Origin: Planctomycetota bacterium
GTDB taxonomy: Bacteria > Planctomycetota > UBA1135 > GCA-002686595
Assembly (NCBI GenBank): GCA_030746555.1
Contig: JASLMK010000072.1
Span: forward strand, 12,257 to 44,256
Length of the DNA stretch: 32,000 bases
Direction of reading: 5' to 3'
Shown: piece after piece, positions 8,456 through 18,200 of the stretch
Layout of the letters: every line of letters begins with the position of its first letter
Position numbering within the stretch: position 1 is the first letter of the stretch
Translations under genes and position numbers: made by a program
The notes under the pieces: generated by a model
What the model was told of the DNA's origin: nothing
Database searches by the model: none
Seen by the model: only the letters and a program-made list of their open reading frames with translations

Positions 8456-9396
8456 GCCGCCTGCGCGGGATCGCGGCCTTCCTGTGGGAGATGTGCCCTC
8501 CCCACCTGCTGCTGCCCCTGGGCGTGGCCCGCTTCTGCGCCGTCTACCTGGGCCTGCAAGCCCTGGCGGGATCGGACGCCCTCGTCCTCGGGCCGCGCGC
8601 GGTCACCGGCACCGCCAGCCTGATCCTGTTCGTCGTCCTCGCCCGGGTCTACGACGAGTTGAAGGACGCGGACACCGACCGCCGCCTGGCCGCCACCGGC
8701 GATCCGCGCACGGCCTCGCGCCCCATCGTGCGCGGCATCGTCGACGAGGCCGACCTGCGCGCGCTGCGCAACGTCCTGATCGTCGCCCTGATCGCCCTCC
8801 AGCTCCCCGGCGCCGCCCCCCTGCCCCTGGCCGGGTTCGCCCTCGCCCTGGCCGCGTTCTGGCTCTCGTCGAACTGGTTCTTCTGGCCGGCGGTCGAGCG
8901 CCACCTCCTGCTGGCGCTGCTGACGACCAGTCCGCTCACCCTCTTCGTGCTGGCCTACGTCGCGACCCTCTTCGCCGCCGACTTCGGCGCCGGGCGTCTG
9001 GGCGCCTCGACGGCCCTGCTCCTGTTCGGCCTCTACGCGCCCATGCTCGCCTGGGAGACCTCGCGCAAGGTCCGCGTCCCCGCCGACGAGACCGACTACG
9101 AGACCTACACCAAGACCCTCGGGCCGCGCCGGGCGCTCGCTCTGCCGATCACCTTCGCCCTGGTGACCGTCGCGCTCCTCGCCTCCTTCGCAGTCCGCGT
9201 CGGCCTGCCCGCACCCTTCTTCTGGGCCCTGGGGAGCGCCGGCGCCCTGTTCGTCGGCGCGTGCCTGGCCTTCGTGATCGCCCCCAGCCGCCGCCGCGCC
9301 CACCTCGAGCCCTTCGCCCAGGTCTTCCTGCTCGTCGCCGACTTCGGCCTGGCGATCGGTCTGGCCTGCGCCTTCTCCGTGACCTGGGCGGCCTGA
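8452..9396 (+). CDS. UbiA-family integral-membrane prenyltransferase
   Basis: 314 aa, polytopic and hydrophobic. The first Asp-rich motif and following loop, YDELKDADTDRRLAATGDPRTASRPIVRGIV, compare with UbiA NDxxDxxxD...RTxNRPLxSG. A second acidic region reads WETSRKVRVPADETDYETYTKTLG. The ATG overlaps the upstream stop (ATGA at 8452-8455). Confidence 0.8.
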   Translation: MSRLRGIAAFLWEMCPPHLLLPLGVARFCAVYLGLQALAGSDALVLGPRAVTGTASLILFVVLARVYDELKDADTDRRLAATGDPRTASRPIVRGIVDEADLRALRNVLIVALIALQLPGAAPLPLAGFALALAAFWLSSNWFFWPAVERHLLLALLTTSPLTLFVLAYVATLFAADFGAGRLGASTALLLFGLYAPMLAWETSRKVRVPADETDYETYTKTLGPRRALALPITFALVTVALLASFAVRVGLPAPFFWALGSAGALFVGACLAFVIAPSRRRAHLEPFAQVFLLVADFGLAIGLACAFSVTWAA

Positions 9397-9401
9397 GGGC
9401 G

Positions 9402-10526
9402 ATGAGCGAGGCCGTCCGCGACGCCGCGTTCTTCGACCACGTGGGCTACTCCACGGTCTGGGAGGACGAGCGCTGCATCGACGAGGGCCTGCGACCCGCT
9501 CCCGGCGAGCGCGTGCTCTCGATCACGTCCGGCGGAGACTTCAGCCTGCAGTTCCTGCTCGCCGACGTGGCCTCGGTCCTGTCGGTCGACTTCAACCCGC
9601 GCCAGGACTTCCTGCTGCAGCTGAAGGTCGCCGCCCTCGCCGAGCTGTCCCACGACGAGCTGTGGGGCTTCTGCGGGCTGGAGAGCTGCGGAGAGCGCGG
9701 TGGCCTCTACGCGCGCCTGCGGCCGCGGCTGGCCGCCGGGCCCCGCGAGTACTGGGACCGCCGCGAGCGCGCGATCCGGCGCGGGTTCCTCTTCGACGGC
9801 AAGCAGGACCGCTTCCTCCACCGGGCCGGTTCGCTGGTCACCGCCGCCCTCGGCCGGCGTGCGGTCGAGCGCTACTTCACGAGCACCACCCTCGCCGAGC
9901 AGCGCGCCGCCATCGGGCCGGGGCTGCGCGGCTGGCGCTGGCGCGCCCTGGCCCGGGTCCTGTTCAGCCGCGCGGTCTTCAACCGCGCCTTCGACCGCGC
10001 CCACTTCCGCTACGCGACGCGCGAGCACCACCCGGCGACGCTCCTGCGCGAGCAGGTCGAGGGCGTCTTCCTCGACCTCCCCGCGGTCGAGAACTACCCC
10101 TACCACTGGGCCTTCCGCCGGGGCTTCCGCGACCGCGAGCACTGCCCCGCCTGGCTGCGGGCGTCGGCCCACCCCACCCTGCGCGACCGCCTCGGGCGGC
10201 TCACCTCGACCGTGGGCGACCTGGCGGAGGTCCTCGAGGAGCTCCCCGAAGACTCCGTGGACTGCTTCCACTTCTCCAACGCCTTCGACTGGGTCAGCCT
10301 GGCGCAGTTCGTGGTCCTGATGAGCGAGGTCGTGCGCGTCGCCCGTCCGGGGGCGCGCCTGTGCTACTGGACGAACCTGTTCAACACGCACCGCGAGCTC
10401 GACCTCGCCATCGGGGCGTTGGGCGGGATCCGGGAGGAGCGCGACCTCGCGGACGGGATCCACCGCGCCTCCCGCACCCCCGGCTACTCCTCCTGCACGC
10501 TGGGGACGATCACGAAGGAGTGGTAG
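9402..10526 (+). CDS. DUF3419 / BtaA-like S-adenosylmethionine 3-amino-3-carboxypropyl transferase
   Basis: Starts at ATG 9402, 5 nt after the UbiA stop. YSTVWEDERCIDEGL, VLSITSGGDFSLQFLL, VLSVDFNPRQDFLLQLK and DCFHFSNAFDWV match my recollection of the BtaA/DUF3419 pattern (Y.q.WED, SaGcN.L, DlNpaQ..LleLK, lSn..dW). Confidence 0.8.
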   Translation: MSEAVRDAAFFDHVGYSTVWEDERCIDEGLRPAPGERVLSITSGGDFSLQFLLADVASVLSVDFNPRQDFLLQLKVAALAELSHDELWGFCGLESCGERGGLYARLRPRLAAGPREYWDRRERAIRRGFLFDGKQDRFLHRAGSLVTAALGRRAVERYFTSTTLAEQRAAIGPGLRGWRWRALARVLFSRAVFNRAFDRAHFRYATREHHPATLLREQVEGVFLDLPAVENYPYHWAFRRGFRDREHCPAWLRASAHPTLRDRLGRLTSTVGDLAEVLEELPEDSVDCFHFSNAFDWVSLAQFVVLMSEVVRVARPGARLCYWTNLFNTHRELDLAIGALGGIREERDLADGIHRASRTPGYSSCTLGTITKEW

Positions 10527-10531
10527 AGCGA

Positions 10532-11446
10532 TTGGACGGACGGACCGAGAGCACCTTCGTCGACCGCGAGAGCGGCGAGCCGTGCACCGAGCACGTCCAC
10601 CGCGGCGGGTTCTTCCGCTGGCTGTACGGTTCGCGCGCCGGACGCGCGCTGCGGGGTTGGCTGACCGGCTCGCGGCTCCTCCACCGCGCCCTCGCCCGCT
10701 TCGCCGACTCGCCGGCCTCGCGGGTGTGCATCCGCCGCTTCAGCGTGCTCGCCGGCGTGGACACCGACGAGGCCCTCGAGCCCGAAGGGGGCTATCGCAG
10801 CTTCAACGACTTCTTCGGCCGCCGCCTGCGTCCGTCCTGCCGCCCCCTCGATCCCGACCCCCAAGCGCTCCTCTCCCCCGGCGACGGCAAGCTGTTCGTC
10901 GCGGGCGACCTGGGCAGCGAGGCGCGCCTCTCGATCAAGGGCTGCTCGTTCACCGCGGCCGAGCTCCTCGCCAAAGCGGCGGACGCGGCACCCTACGCGG
11001 GAGGCAGCGCCGCCGTCCTGCGCTTGTACCTCCCCGACTACCACCGCGTCCACTTCCCCGCCGACGGCGTCCTCGATCCTCCCCGGGAGGTCCTCGGCCG
11101 CTACCTGTCGGTGACCCCGTTTCCCGGCAACGACGAGCCCTTCTACTTCCGAAACCACCGCGTCGTGAGCGTGCTCCGAAGCGACCGCTTCGGGCGCATC
11201 GCCATGGTCGAGGTCGGGGGCTTTCTGATCTCCAGCGTGCGCCCCCTGTGCGCCGCAAGACAGCGCGTGCGCCGCGGCGACGAGAAGAGCCTGTTCGCCT
11301 TCGGCGGCTCCACCCTCGTGCTGTTGGCCGAGCCCGGCCGCGTGGTCTTCGATGCCGACCTCCTCGAGCACTCCGCCCGCGGCCTGGAGACCCGCGTGCG
11401 CCTGGGGACGCGCATCGCCCGCGCGGGGCGCGCCGGCTCAGCCTAG
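10532..11446 (+). CDS. Phosphatidylserine-decarboxylase-family (pyruvoyl-dependent) decarboxylase proenzyme
   Basis: PSD-family blocks: FNDFFGRRLRP, LLSPGDGKL, VLRLYLPDYHRVHFPADG, MVEVGGFLISSV and the self-cleavage-type FAFGGSTLVLL (G-S-T). No ATG is available. The TTG at 10532 lies 11 nt after GAAGGAG (10514-10520). An alternative GTG at 10520 overlaps the upstream gene. Confidence 0.8.
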   Translation: MDGRTESTFVDRESGEPCTEHVHRGGFFRWLYGSRAGRALRGWLTGSRLLHRALARFADSPASRVCIRRFSVLAGVDTDEALEPEGGYRSFNDFFGRRLRPSCRPLDPDPQALLSPGDGKLFVAGDLGSEARLSIKGCSFTAAELLAKAADAAPYAGGSAAVLRLYLPDYHRVHFPADGVLDPPREVLGRYLSVTPFPGNDEPFYFRNHRVVSVLRSDRFGRIAMVEVGGFLISSVRPLCAARQRVRRGDEKSLFAFGGSTLVLLAEPGRVVFDADLLEHSARGLETRVRLGTRIARAGRAGSA

Positions 11447-12538
11447 ATGCTTCTCGAAGACCGCGTAGGCGCGATCGGGGGGGCCGACCGCCGAGAGGAT
11501 GCTCGGCCCCTCGCCTACGAGCGCGCCGGTCGCGTGGGCGTAGCCGCCGCGAGCACAGAGCTCGAGGCCGTGGGCCATGACCTCGTAGATCAGGTTCGTC
11601 TTGCGGTGGGGCGGCATCACGCCGAACACGAAGAACACGACCCGGTCCCGCGGCGCCTCGGCCAGGGCGGCGAGGTCGCCCCCGTCGCCGTCGAGCTCGC
11701 CGAAGGCGCGCGCGAGATCGTGGTAGCCGAAGCTGAAGCCGGCGATCTCCCCGGTCGCGGGCACCTCCCAGCGGGTCAGGAACTCGGGTCGCGACAGCTC
11801 GAGCAGCGGCCCGAAGGCCTGACGGAACTCCGCCAGGTCGATCGGGGCGCAGTGGTAGTTCTCGGCGAAGCACTCCATGATCATCGGGTGCAGGAGCTCG
11901 AGCTGCTCGGCGAGGGAGGAGGCCGTCGCGTCGACCGGCAGGTACTCCCCCGCTCCCTCGGCGCGCCGGGAGAGGCCGGCGGAGACGGCGGCGCCCAGCC
12001 CGCCGAGGACCCGCCGGGGAAGATCCCAGCTGCGCCAGCTCGCGTGCGGCGCGAAGCCTGCGGACTCGACGAGGGCGCGGTAGTAGGCGGGGCAGCGTGG
12101 CTCGCCCAGAAACGGCTCCCGGTCGAAGCCGTCGGTCTGCAGGCGGTAGCCGCCGTAGACGCTGAGGTTCACCGGGCCGTGCACGGTCCGGCATCCCTCC
12201 CCCGCGAGCCACTCCTCAGCCGCCGCGAACAGGGCGGAGGCCACGGCGGGATCGTCGCCGGTCTCGAAGAAGCCGAAGTGTCCGGTGCCCGACTCCGCCA
12301 GGCCGTCGTCCGCCGAGGCGACGATGCGCCCGACGACCTCGCCCGCCCGGCGGCACAGGAAGGGGCGCGCCCGGCCGTGGCGGAAGAACAGGTTCTCGTC
12401 GGACAGCTGGGTGCGCACGCTCTCGCGCAGGGGCGGCACCCAACGGTGCTCTCCTCCGTAGATGCGCCAGGGGAGCTCGATGAATGCCTCCAGCTCGGCT
12501 CCCTCGCGGTCGATCGCGGTCACTTCCAGGGCATCCAT
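11438..12538 (-). CDS. GNAT-fold acyl-CoA N-acyltransferase-like protein (two-lobed, 366 aa)
   Basis: Starts at ATG 12538 and overlaps the upstream stop (TGATG). The N-terminus FIELPWRIYGGEHRWVPPLRESVRTQLSDENLFFRHGRARPFLCRRAGEVVGRIVA matches a widespread family usually annotated as GNAT N-acetyltransferase. The family assignment is from memory, and the acyl donor and acceptor are unknown. Confidence 0.7.
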   Translation of the reverse strand: MDALEVTAIDREGAELEAFIELPWRIYGGEHRWVPPLRESVRTQLSDENLFFRHGRARPFLCRRAGEVVGRIVASADDGLAESGTGHFGFFETGDDPAVASALFAAAEEWLAGEGCRTVHGPVNLSVYGGYRLQTDGFDREPFLGEPRCPAYYRALVESAGFAPHASWRSWDLPRRVLGGLGAAVSAGLSRRAEGAGEYLPVDATASSLAEQLELLHPMIMECFAENYHCAPIDLAEFRQAFGPLLELSRPEFLTRWEVPATGEIAGFSFGYHDLARAFGELDGDGGDLAALAEAPRDRVVFFVFGVMPPHRKTNLIYEVMAHGLELCARGGYAHATGALVGEGPSILSAVGPPDRAYAVFEKHLG

Positions 12539-15231
12539 CAGGGCGCCTCCTCTCTGGCTGTCCCGTCCTCGGGATGGACCCGGATCGTCCCCGCGTCGCC
12601 GTCCAGGGTCACGAGCGCGCCGTCGGGGAGCCTGGCGCACAGGTCCCGGACGGCCAGCACGGCGGGGATGCCGTACTCGCGAGAGATCACCGCAGCGTGG
12701 GAGAGCAGGCCGCCGGTCTCGGTCGCCACGCCCGCCAGCAGGCCGAAGCGCGGGGTCCAGCCCGGGTCGGTGTAGCGCGTGACGAGGACGTCCCCCTCCT
12801 CGAGGCGGTCGGCGTCGAAGATGTCGCGCACCACTCGGACACGGCCCGTCACCACGCCCGGGCTGCAGGCGACGCCCTCGAGCTTTGCTCCCGGGCCGGC
12901 CGGCGCGCCGGTGGCCGAGGCCCCGTAGCCCTCGCCGATCTCGTCGGGGTTGCGGTAGTGGCGGAAGGAGCGGTAGTAGAGACGGTTGCGCGCGACGAGG
13001 CGGGCGGCGTCCGCGGCGGTGAGCTCGCCCCTCGCCAGCCCCAACAGGTCGTCGAGCGCCAGGAAGAACACGTCGTCCACCTCGGCGAGGTCGCCGCCGC
13101 CCACCAACCGGCGGGCGACCTCCAGGGTGAAGCGGCGCACGAAGAAGTAGAAGCGCGTCGAGAGGTCGCGCAGCTCCTCCCGCCACCACAGGAACTCGCG
13201 CAGGCGGTCCAGCCTGGCCGCGAGGCCCCTGCGGCGATGGAAGGGCGCCAGGCGCAGCATGCGCTCGCGCTCGGCGAGGTAGGCCTCGTGGGCGCGGGCG
13301 TTCGCCCGCCGCGGGTCCGCCTCGTCCTCGAGCCCTAGCAGGTCCCGGCAGTGCTCGACCACGATACGCGGGGCCTCCCCGTAGCGCGGGACCGAGAGGT
13401 CGAGCTCGCGCGTGGCGTGGTGACGAGAGCGCCGCACCACCTCCGCCAGCTCACCCAGACAGTGCTCGTCGGAGCCGGCGAGCATGGCGCGCGTCAACTG
13501 GCCGTCGTCCTGGCTCTCCCACGCCGCCCGCGCGTCGACCGAGGCGCGGATCTTGCGGCTGACGTCCCACAGCTCGAAGTTGGGCAGGAGGTGCGAGACG
13601 TCGGTGAGCCCCGAGAACAGGGTCAAGAGGTCGACCTCGCCGCCGAGCCTGGTGAAGGCGCCCTTGGTCAGCGACTGCAGGTTGGAGTTGTTGTAGACGA
13701 GGGTGAAGTAGGTCCCCTCGCTCTGGCGGTAGTCCGGCCCCACCAGGGTCTCGTAGAGCGCGAGCAGCTCCTCGCGTCCCAGGGCCGCCGGATCGATCGC
13801 GTCCAGCACCGCCAGGCGCGCCTGTTGGCGCCGCCGGTGGGCCTCGAACCCGGCGCTCTGCTCGCGGAAGGCCCGCTGGAGCGCCAGGAACACGCGCGCC
13901 GCGTTCCACAGGGTCCGGGGAGTGAGCCGGGAGGTCCGACCGCGCCCCTCGTAGGCGACCTCGATCCCCAGCTCCTCGTCGAACTCGCGCTCGACGAAGC
14001 CGGGGATGGCGAGGAAGCACTGCTTGATCCGGGCCAGGTTCCAGTAGGGACGCCCGAAGAACATCTCGCCCCAGACGGTCTCGTCGTCGCGCCCCAACAG
14101 GCGCACGCCGCGCAGGTAGGCGGGCATGGTGCGCTCCAGGATCGAGTCGTAGAGCGACCACATGAACGGCGTGCAGACGGTCGACGAGACGCCGCCGTCC
14201 TTGAAGTCCGCGGTCGACCACTCGCCCTCGATCCCGCCGGTGCGGATAGCGGTGATCGGCCGGGCCTGCAGGAGGTACGGCTCCCCCTCCGCCCAGGCCC
14301 ACTCGATGTCGACCGGAAAGCCGTACTCGGCTTGGACCCCGACGGCGAGCTCGGCGAGCCTCGCGGCCTCCTCCGGCGACAGGACGGCGCGCTCCCGCCG
14401 CTCCTGCGCTAGGGGGACGGCGCGCACGAGGGCGGGAGGCTCCGCGCAGACCAGCGCGTGCTCCTGGTCCGCCGCCGTGCGCCCCACCTCGACTCGCCTG
14501 AACCAGTCGTAGCGCACCTGCTCGGGGGTCACGCTGCCGTCGACGAGCGCCTCGCCTAGGCCGAAGCAGGCCTCGATGACGACCTCGCGGTCGGCGCCGG
14601 TCACGGGATTGACCGTGAAGGCCACGCCGCTGCGCTCGGCGTCGACCAGCTCCTGCAGCACGACGGCGATCGCGAGGTCCGCCAGCGGGACGGCTCGATC
14701 GAGGCAGTAGGAGAGCACGCGCTCGTTGAAGGCCGACGCCCAGCACTCCCGGATCGCCGCGGCGACCTGGTCGAGGCCCTGCGCCCCTAGCACGGTCGTG
14801 TACATGCCGGCGAAGGAGACTCCGTGCAGGTCCTCCTTCGTACCGCTGCTGCGCACGGCGTAGCGCGCGCCCGCGGGCCGCTCTTGGAGGAAGGCCTCGA
14901 GGTCGCGGGCCAGGCCCTCGGGGAGCGGCGTCGAGACGATCGCCTCGCGGGCCTCGGCCGCGCGCGCGAGGCATCGCTCGCGATCAGGCGGTCCGCAGCG
15001 GCGCACGGCCTCGACCCGCTTCCCAAGCCCCCCGACATCGACGAACTGCTCGAAGCCTCCGGTCAGGACGACGGCGCCGGGCGGCACGCGAAGCCCCCAG
15101 GACTCCAGGCGCACGAGCCCCTGCGCCTTGCGGCCCGCCTGCTCCAGACGCGCGGGGTCCGCCGCGAGATCGGCGAAGGACGCGAGCTGCCCGCGGCCGG
15201 CCACGTGCCCGTCGTCAGTAGCTCGGCGCAT
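12538..15231 (-). CDS. PEP-utilizing three-domain kinase, rifampin-phosphotransferase-like architecture (copy 2, diverged paralog of 5759-8455)
   Basis: 897 aa. ATP-grasp blocks: YAVRSSGTKEDLHGVSFAGMYTTVLG, IAVVLQELVDAERSGVAFTVNP, FGLGEALVDGSVTPE and VDIEWAWAEGEPYLLQARPIT. C-terminal swivel domain: GDVLVTRYTDPGWTPRFGLLAGVATETGGLLSHAAVISREYGIPAVLAV. Confidence 0.85.
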   Translation of the reverse strand: MRRATDDGHVAGRGQLASFADLAADPARLEQAGRKAQGLVRLESWGLRVPPGAVVLTGGFEQFVDVGGLGKRVEAVRRCGPPDRERCLARAAEAREAIVSTPLPEGLARDLEAFLQERPAGARYAVRSSGTKEDLHGVSFAGMYTTVLGAQGLDQVAAAIRECWASAFNERVLSYCLDRAVPLADLAIAVVLQELVDAERSGVAFTVNPVTGADREVVIEACFGLGEALVDGSVTPEQVRYDWFRRVEVGRTAADQEHALVCAEPPALVRAVPLAQERRERAVLSPEEAARLAELAVGVQAEYGFPVDIEWAWAEGEPYLLQARPITAIRTGGIEGEWSTADFKDGGVSSTVCTPFMWSLYDSILERTMPAYLRGVRLLGRDDETVWGEMFFGRPYWNLARIKQCFLAIPGFVEREFDEELGIEVAYEGRGRTSRLTPRTLWNAARVFLALQRAFREQSAGFEAHRRRQQARLAVLDAIDPAALGREELLALYETLVGPDYRQSEGTYFTLVYNNSNLQSLTKGAFTRLGGEVDLLTLFSGLTDVSHLLPNFELWDVSRKIRASVDARAAWESQDDGQLTRAMLAGSDEHCLGELAEVVRRSRHHATRELDLSVPRYGEAPRIVVEHCRDLLGLEDEADPRRANARAHEAYLAERERMLRLAPFHRRRGLAARLDRLREFLWWREELRDLSTRFYFFVRRFTLEVARRLVGGGDLAEVDDVFFLALDDLLGLARGELTAADAARLVARNRLYYRSFRHYRNPDEIGEGYGASATGAPAGPGAKLEGVACSPGVVTGRVRVVRDIFDADRLEEGDVLVTRYTDPGWTPRFGLLAGVATETGGLLSHAAVISREYGIPAVLAVRDLCARLPDGALVTLDGDAGTIRVHPEDGTAREEAP

Positions 15232-18200
15232 CCTTGATCCGCCCCAGGGCGAAGCCGTGCTTGCGCGCCACTTCCATGATCGCCTCGACGCGCTCGATCG
15301 TGATCGGCCCGAAGCTGTAGTGCTCGTCGATCCCCTCCAGGCCCATCAGGAGCGACTCGGAGACGCAGGCGTGGGTCTCCCCGGTCGCCACGGTGACGCC
15401 GGGAATGCGGAAGTCCTCGTTGCAGGGGAGCTTCACGACGCCGCCGAGGATCACGGTCACGTCGGGCCGCTCGGTGCGCACGGAGGGGTCGGTGTCGGTA
15501 GGGACGGAGATGTCGCAGATCACGACCGGCCCGGGGCCGAGCATGGAGGGGAAGAGGACCGGCCCGGGATCGTTGGTCGTGCTGACGATGAGGGTGGCGT
15601 CGACGAGGTCGGTGAGGTCGCCGCTCACTCGCAGGGGCGAGCTCGCGCCCAGGGTGCGCTCCAGCTCGGCGAACAGCCAGGGGCCGAGGTCCGCGGGGGA
15701 CTCGCGGCCCTCCAGGAGGCGGAGGGCCGGCTCGGTGTCCGCCAGGGAGCCGGCGATGCCCGAGAGGGAGGCCCGCTGCCCCGTGTCGCAGCCGCGCAGG
15801 GTCTCGAAGGCCTCCTCGAGGATGCGCCCCGCCACGGCCCTCAGACGCCGGCGATGGGACGGGCGGCCGACCAGGATCATGCGCGGCACGTGCCGCGCCA
15901 GGAGGTCGCCGTAGACGCTGCCGATGTTGCCGAGGGCGCCGATGACGGCGGCGCACGCGGTGCCGAGGGCGATCCCTTCCTCCGCCGCGGTGCGCCGGAT
16001 CGACTCGAACCCCATGGCCACGGTCAGCGAGTTCCCCGAGGTCAGGGCCAAAGAGCCGGTGTTCTTCACGTCGGTGCAGTTGCCGGTGATGATCGACGTG
16101 AAGCCGCCGTAGCCCATGACCTGGCAGCCCTCGCGCTTGGCGAGGTCCACGGCGATCTCGATCTTCTCGTCGAGGAATCGATGGTTGCGCGCGCGCATGT
16201 GGGCGCCGATGGTCGCCGAGGACTCGAACAGGGCGATCAGCTGGAAGTCCGCCACGGCGCCGGCAGAGGAGCGGACGGTGATCACCGGCATCAGGAACGG
16301 ATCGATGATGTCCTTGAAACGGTCCATCAGCGCCTCGAGCTGCTCCTCGGTGAACCCCTCCAGGCCGGGGTCGAAGTCGAGCAGCTCGCGGGGGTGGATG
16401 AAGTGCCCGAGGAAGGCGACGCGGCGCCTCTCCGGCGGCGCCGACGGCGGGGGAGCCGGCCGGCGCCGATCGGCGATCGGCCCTTCGGTGCCAGGGGTCT
16501 CATCGCCCGCGACGAACCTCAGCAGCTCGTAGGTGTTCTGCTTCTCGATCGCCTCGCACAGGCGCCGCAGCCCCCCGATCAGCCGCTCGCAGTCCTGTGC
16601 GGAGACGCAGTAGGGCGGCTCGAGCCGCAGGGTGTCGCTGTTGGACAGAGTCGGGAAGACGCGCAGGCGGTGCTCGTGCAGCAGGTATCCGGCGACGACG
16701 TAGCCGAACAAGTGCTGCTGGCCCAGGGCGCGCAGGGTCGTGCACGCGGACTCCGCCTGGGAGCGGAGCTCGACGCCGATCATCAGGCCCGCTCCGCGCA
16801 CTTCGGCGATCACGCCTGGGAACTCGCGGCGCACGCCCTCGAGGCGTTCGAGAAGCTCCGCGCCGACGCGCTCGCAGCGCCCGTAGATCTCAGCGTCGCG
16901 CTCGAGCAGGTCGAGCGCCGCCACGGCGAGGGCCGCGGAGTGGCAGTCCTCGGCGAAGGTCGAGGTGTGGATGCGCCCGAATTCCTCGTCGTACTGGGCC
17001 GCGTCCAGGAGCAGCGCCGAGATCTTCGCCAGCCCGCCGCCCAGGCTCTTGGACAGGAGGTAGTAGTCGGCGACGACGCCGAGCTGCTCGGCGAACAGGA
17101 ACGTCCCGGTGCGCCCCATCCCGGTCTGGATCTCGTCGAAGATGAGCGGGAAGCCGGCGGCGTCGGCGACGCCCCGGCAGCTCTCCAGGAAGGCGGGAGG
17201 AACCGGGTGGATCCCGCCCTCGCCTTGGATCGGCTCGATGAAGAGCCCGGCTACGGTCACCAGCGGCATCGGTTCGAGGGCCAGCTCCTCGCCCGCGGGC
17301 CCGGCGCGGATCACCGGGCGGTAGAGGCACTGGGTCCGGCGGGCGACGATCCGCTCCAACGCCTCCTCGTCGAAGCAGGGCACGAACTCCGTCTCGACGC
17401 CGAAGCCGGCGAACGGTTTGCGGTACTCGTCGTGGTGGGTCAGCTGGACGGCGCCCGTGGTCTTGCCGTGGAAGGCGCGCTCCAGCGCCAGGAAGGCGGG
17501 CGCGGGCAGCTCGGCGAGGGTCCTCTGGTTGTGGGCATCGAGGCGCTCGAGGGCCTCGGCCACGGGTCCCTCGACCCCGGCGGGCTCCCCGGCGGTCCGG
17601 TGCACCAGGGTGCGCAGCTCCAGGACGGCGGTCGGCGGGTGTTCGGAGAGCTCCGCGGGCAGGGAGGGGCCACGCACGAGCTCGGCGAGCTCCTCGGCGA
17701 TCCCCAGGGACTCGAGGTCGGCCCGCCGGCGGATCCGTACGCCGTCCGCCCGCGCTCCGCGCACCCGCGCCCGCAGGCGGTTCCTCCAGACCAGGGTCGC
17801 GTGCTTGATGGCGCCCTCGACCGCCTCGGCGCCCGAGTTGGCGAGGGCCGTCAGGTAGCGCCGGCCGGTGCGCGCCGCCAGCATCTCCCCCAGGCGCTCC
17901 CCCACGTTGGCGGCCTCGGGCCGGGCGCTACCCTGGCTGTTGAAGGGCAGGCCAGCCGCCAGGGTCTCCCGGGCGCGACGGACGAGCTCGGGGTGGTTGT
18001 GCCCGAACAGGGCCGCCCCGAAGCCACCCACGAAGTCGCTGACCGCGACCTCGGCTCCGTCCTCGTCCCGATGGAACAGGCGCGCGCCCTCCCCGCGGTG
18101 GTAGGTCACGTCCATCCGCATCGCGCGCAGGCGCTTGCCGATCGAGGGCCGGCAGTGCTCGGTGTACTTGGCGCTGTCAGTCTGGGGCACGGGTTCCTCC

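Noticed and set aside
7768-12775. ORFs 7768..9303 (-), 9105..10463 (-), 10950..12212 (-), 10484..11371 (-), 11447..12775 (+) and 10582..11580 (+)
   Set aside because: All are shadow frames of the UbiA, BtaA-like, PSD-like and GNAT-like genes, and none shows family motifs.
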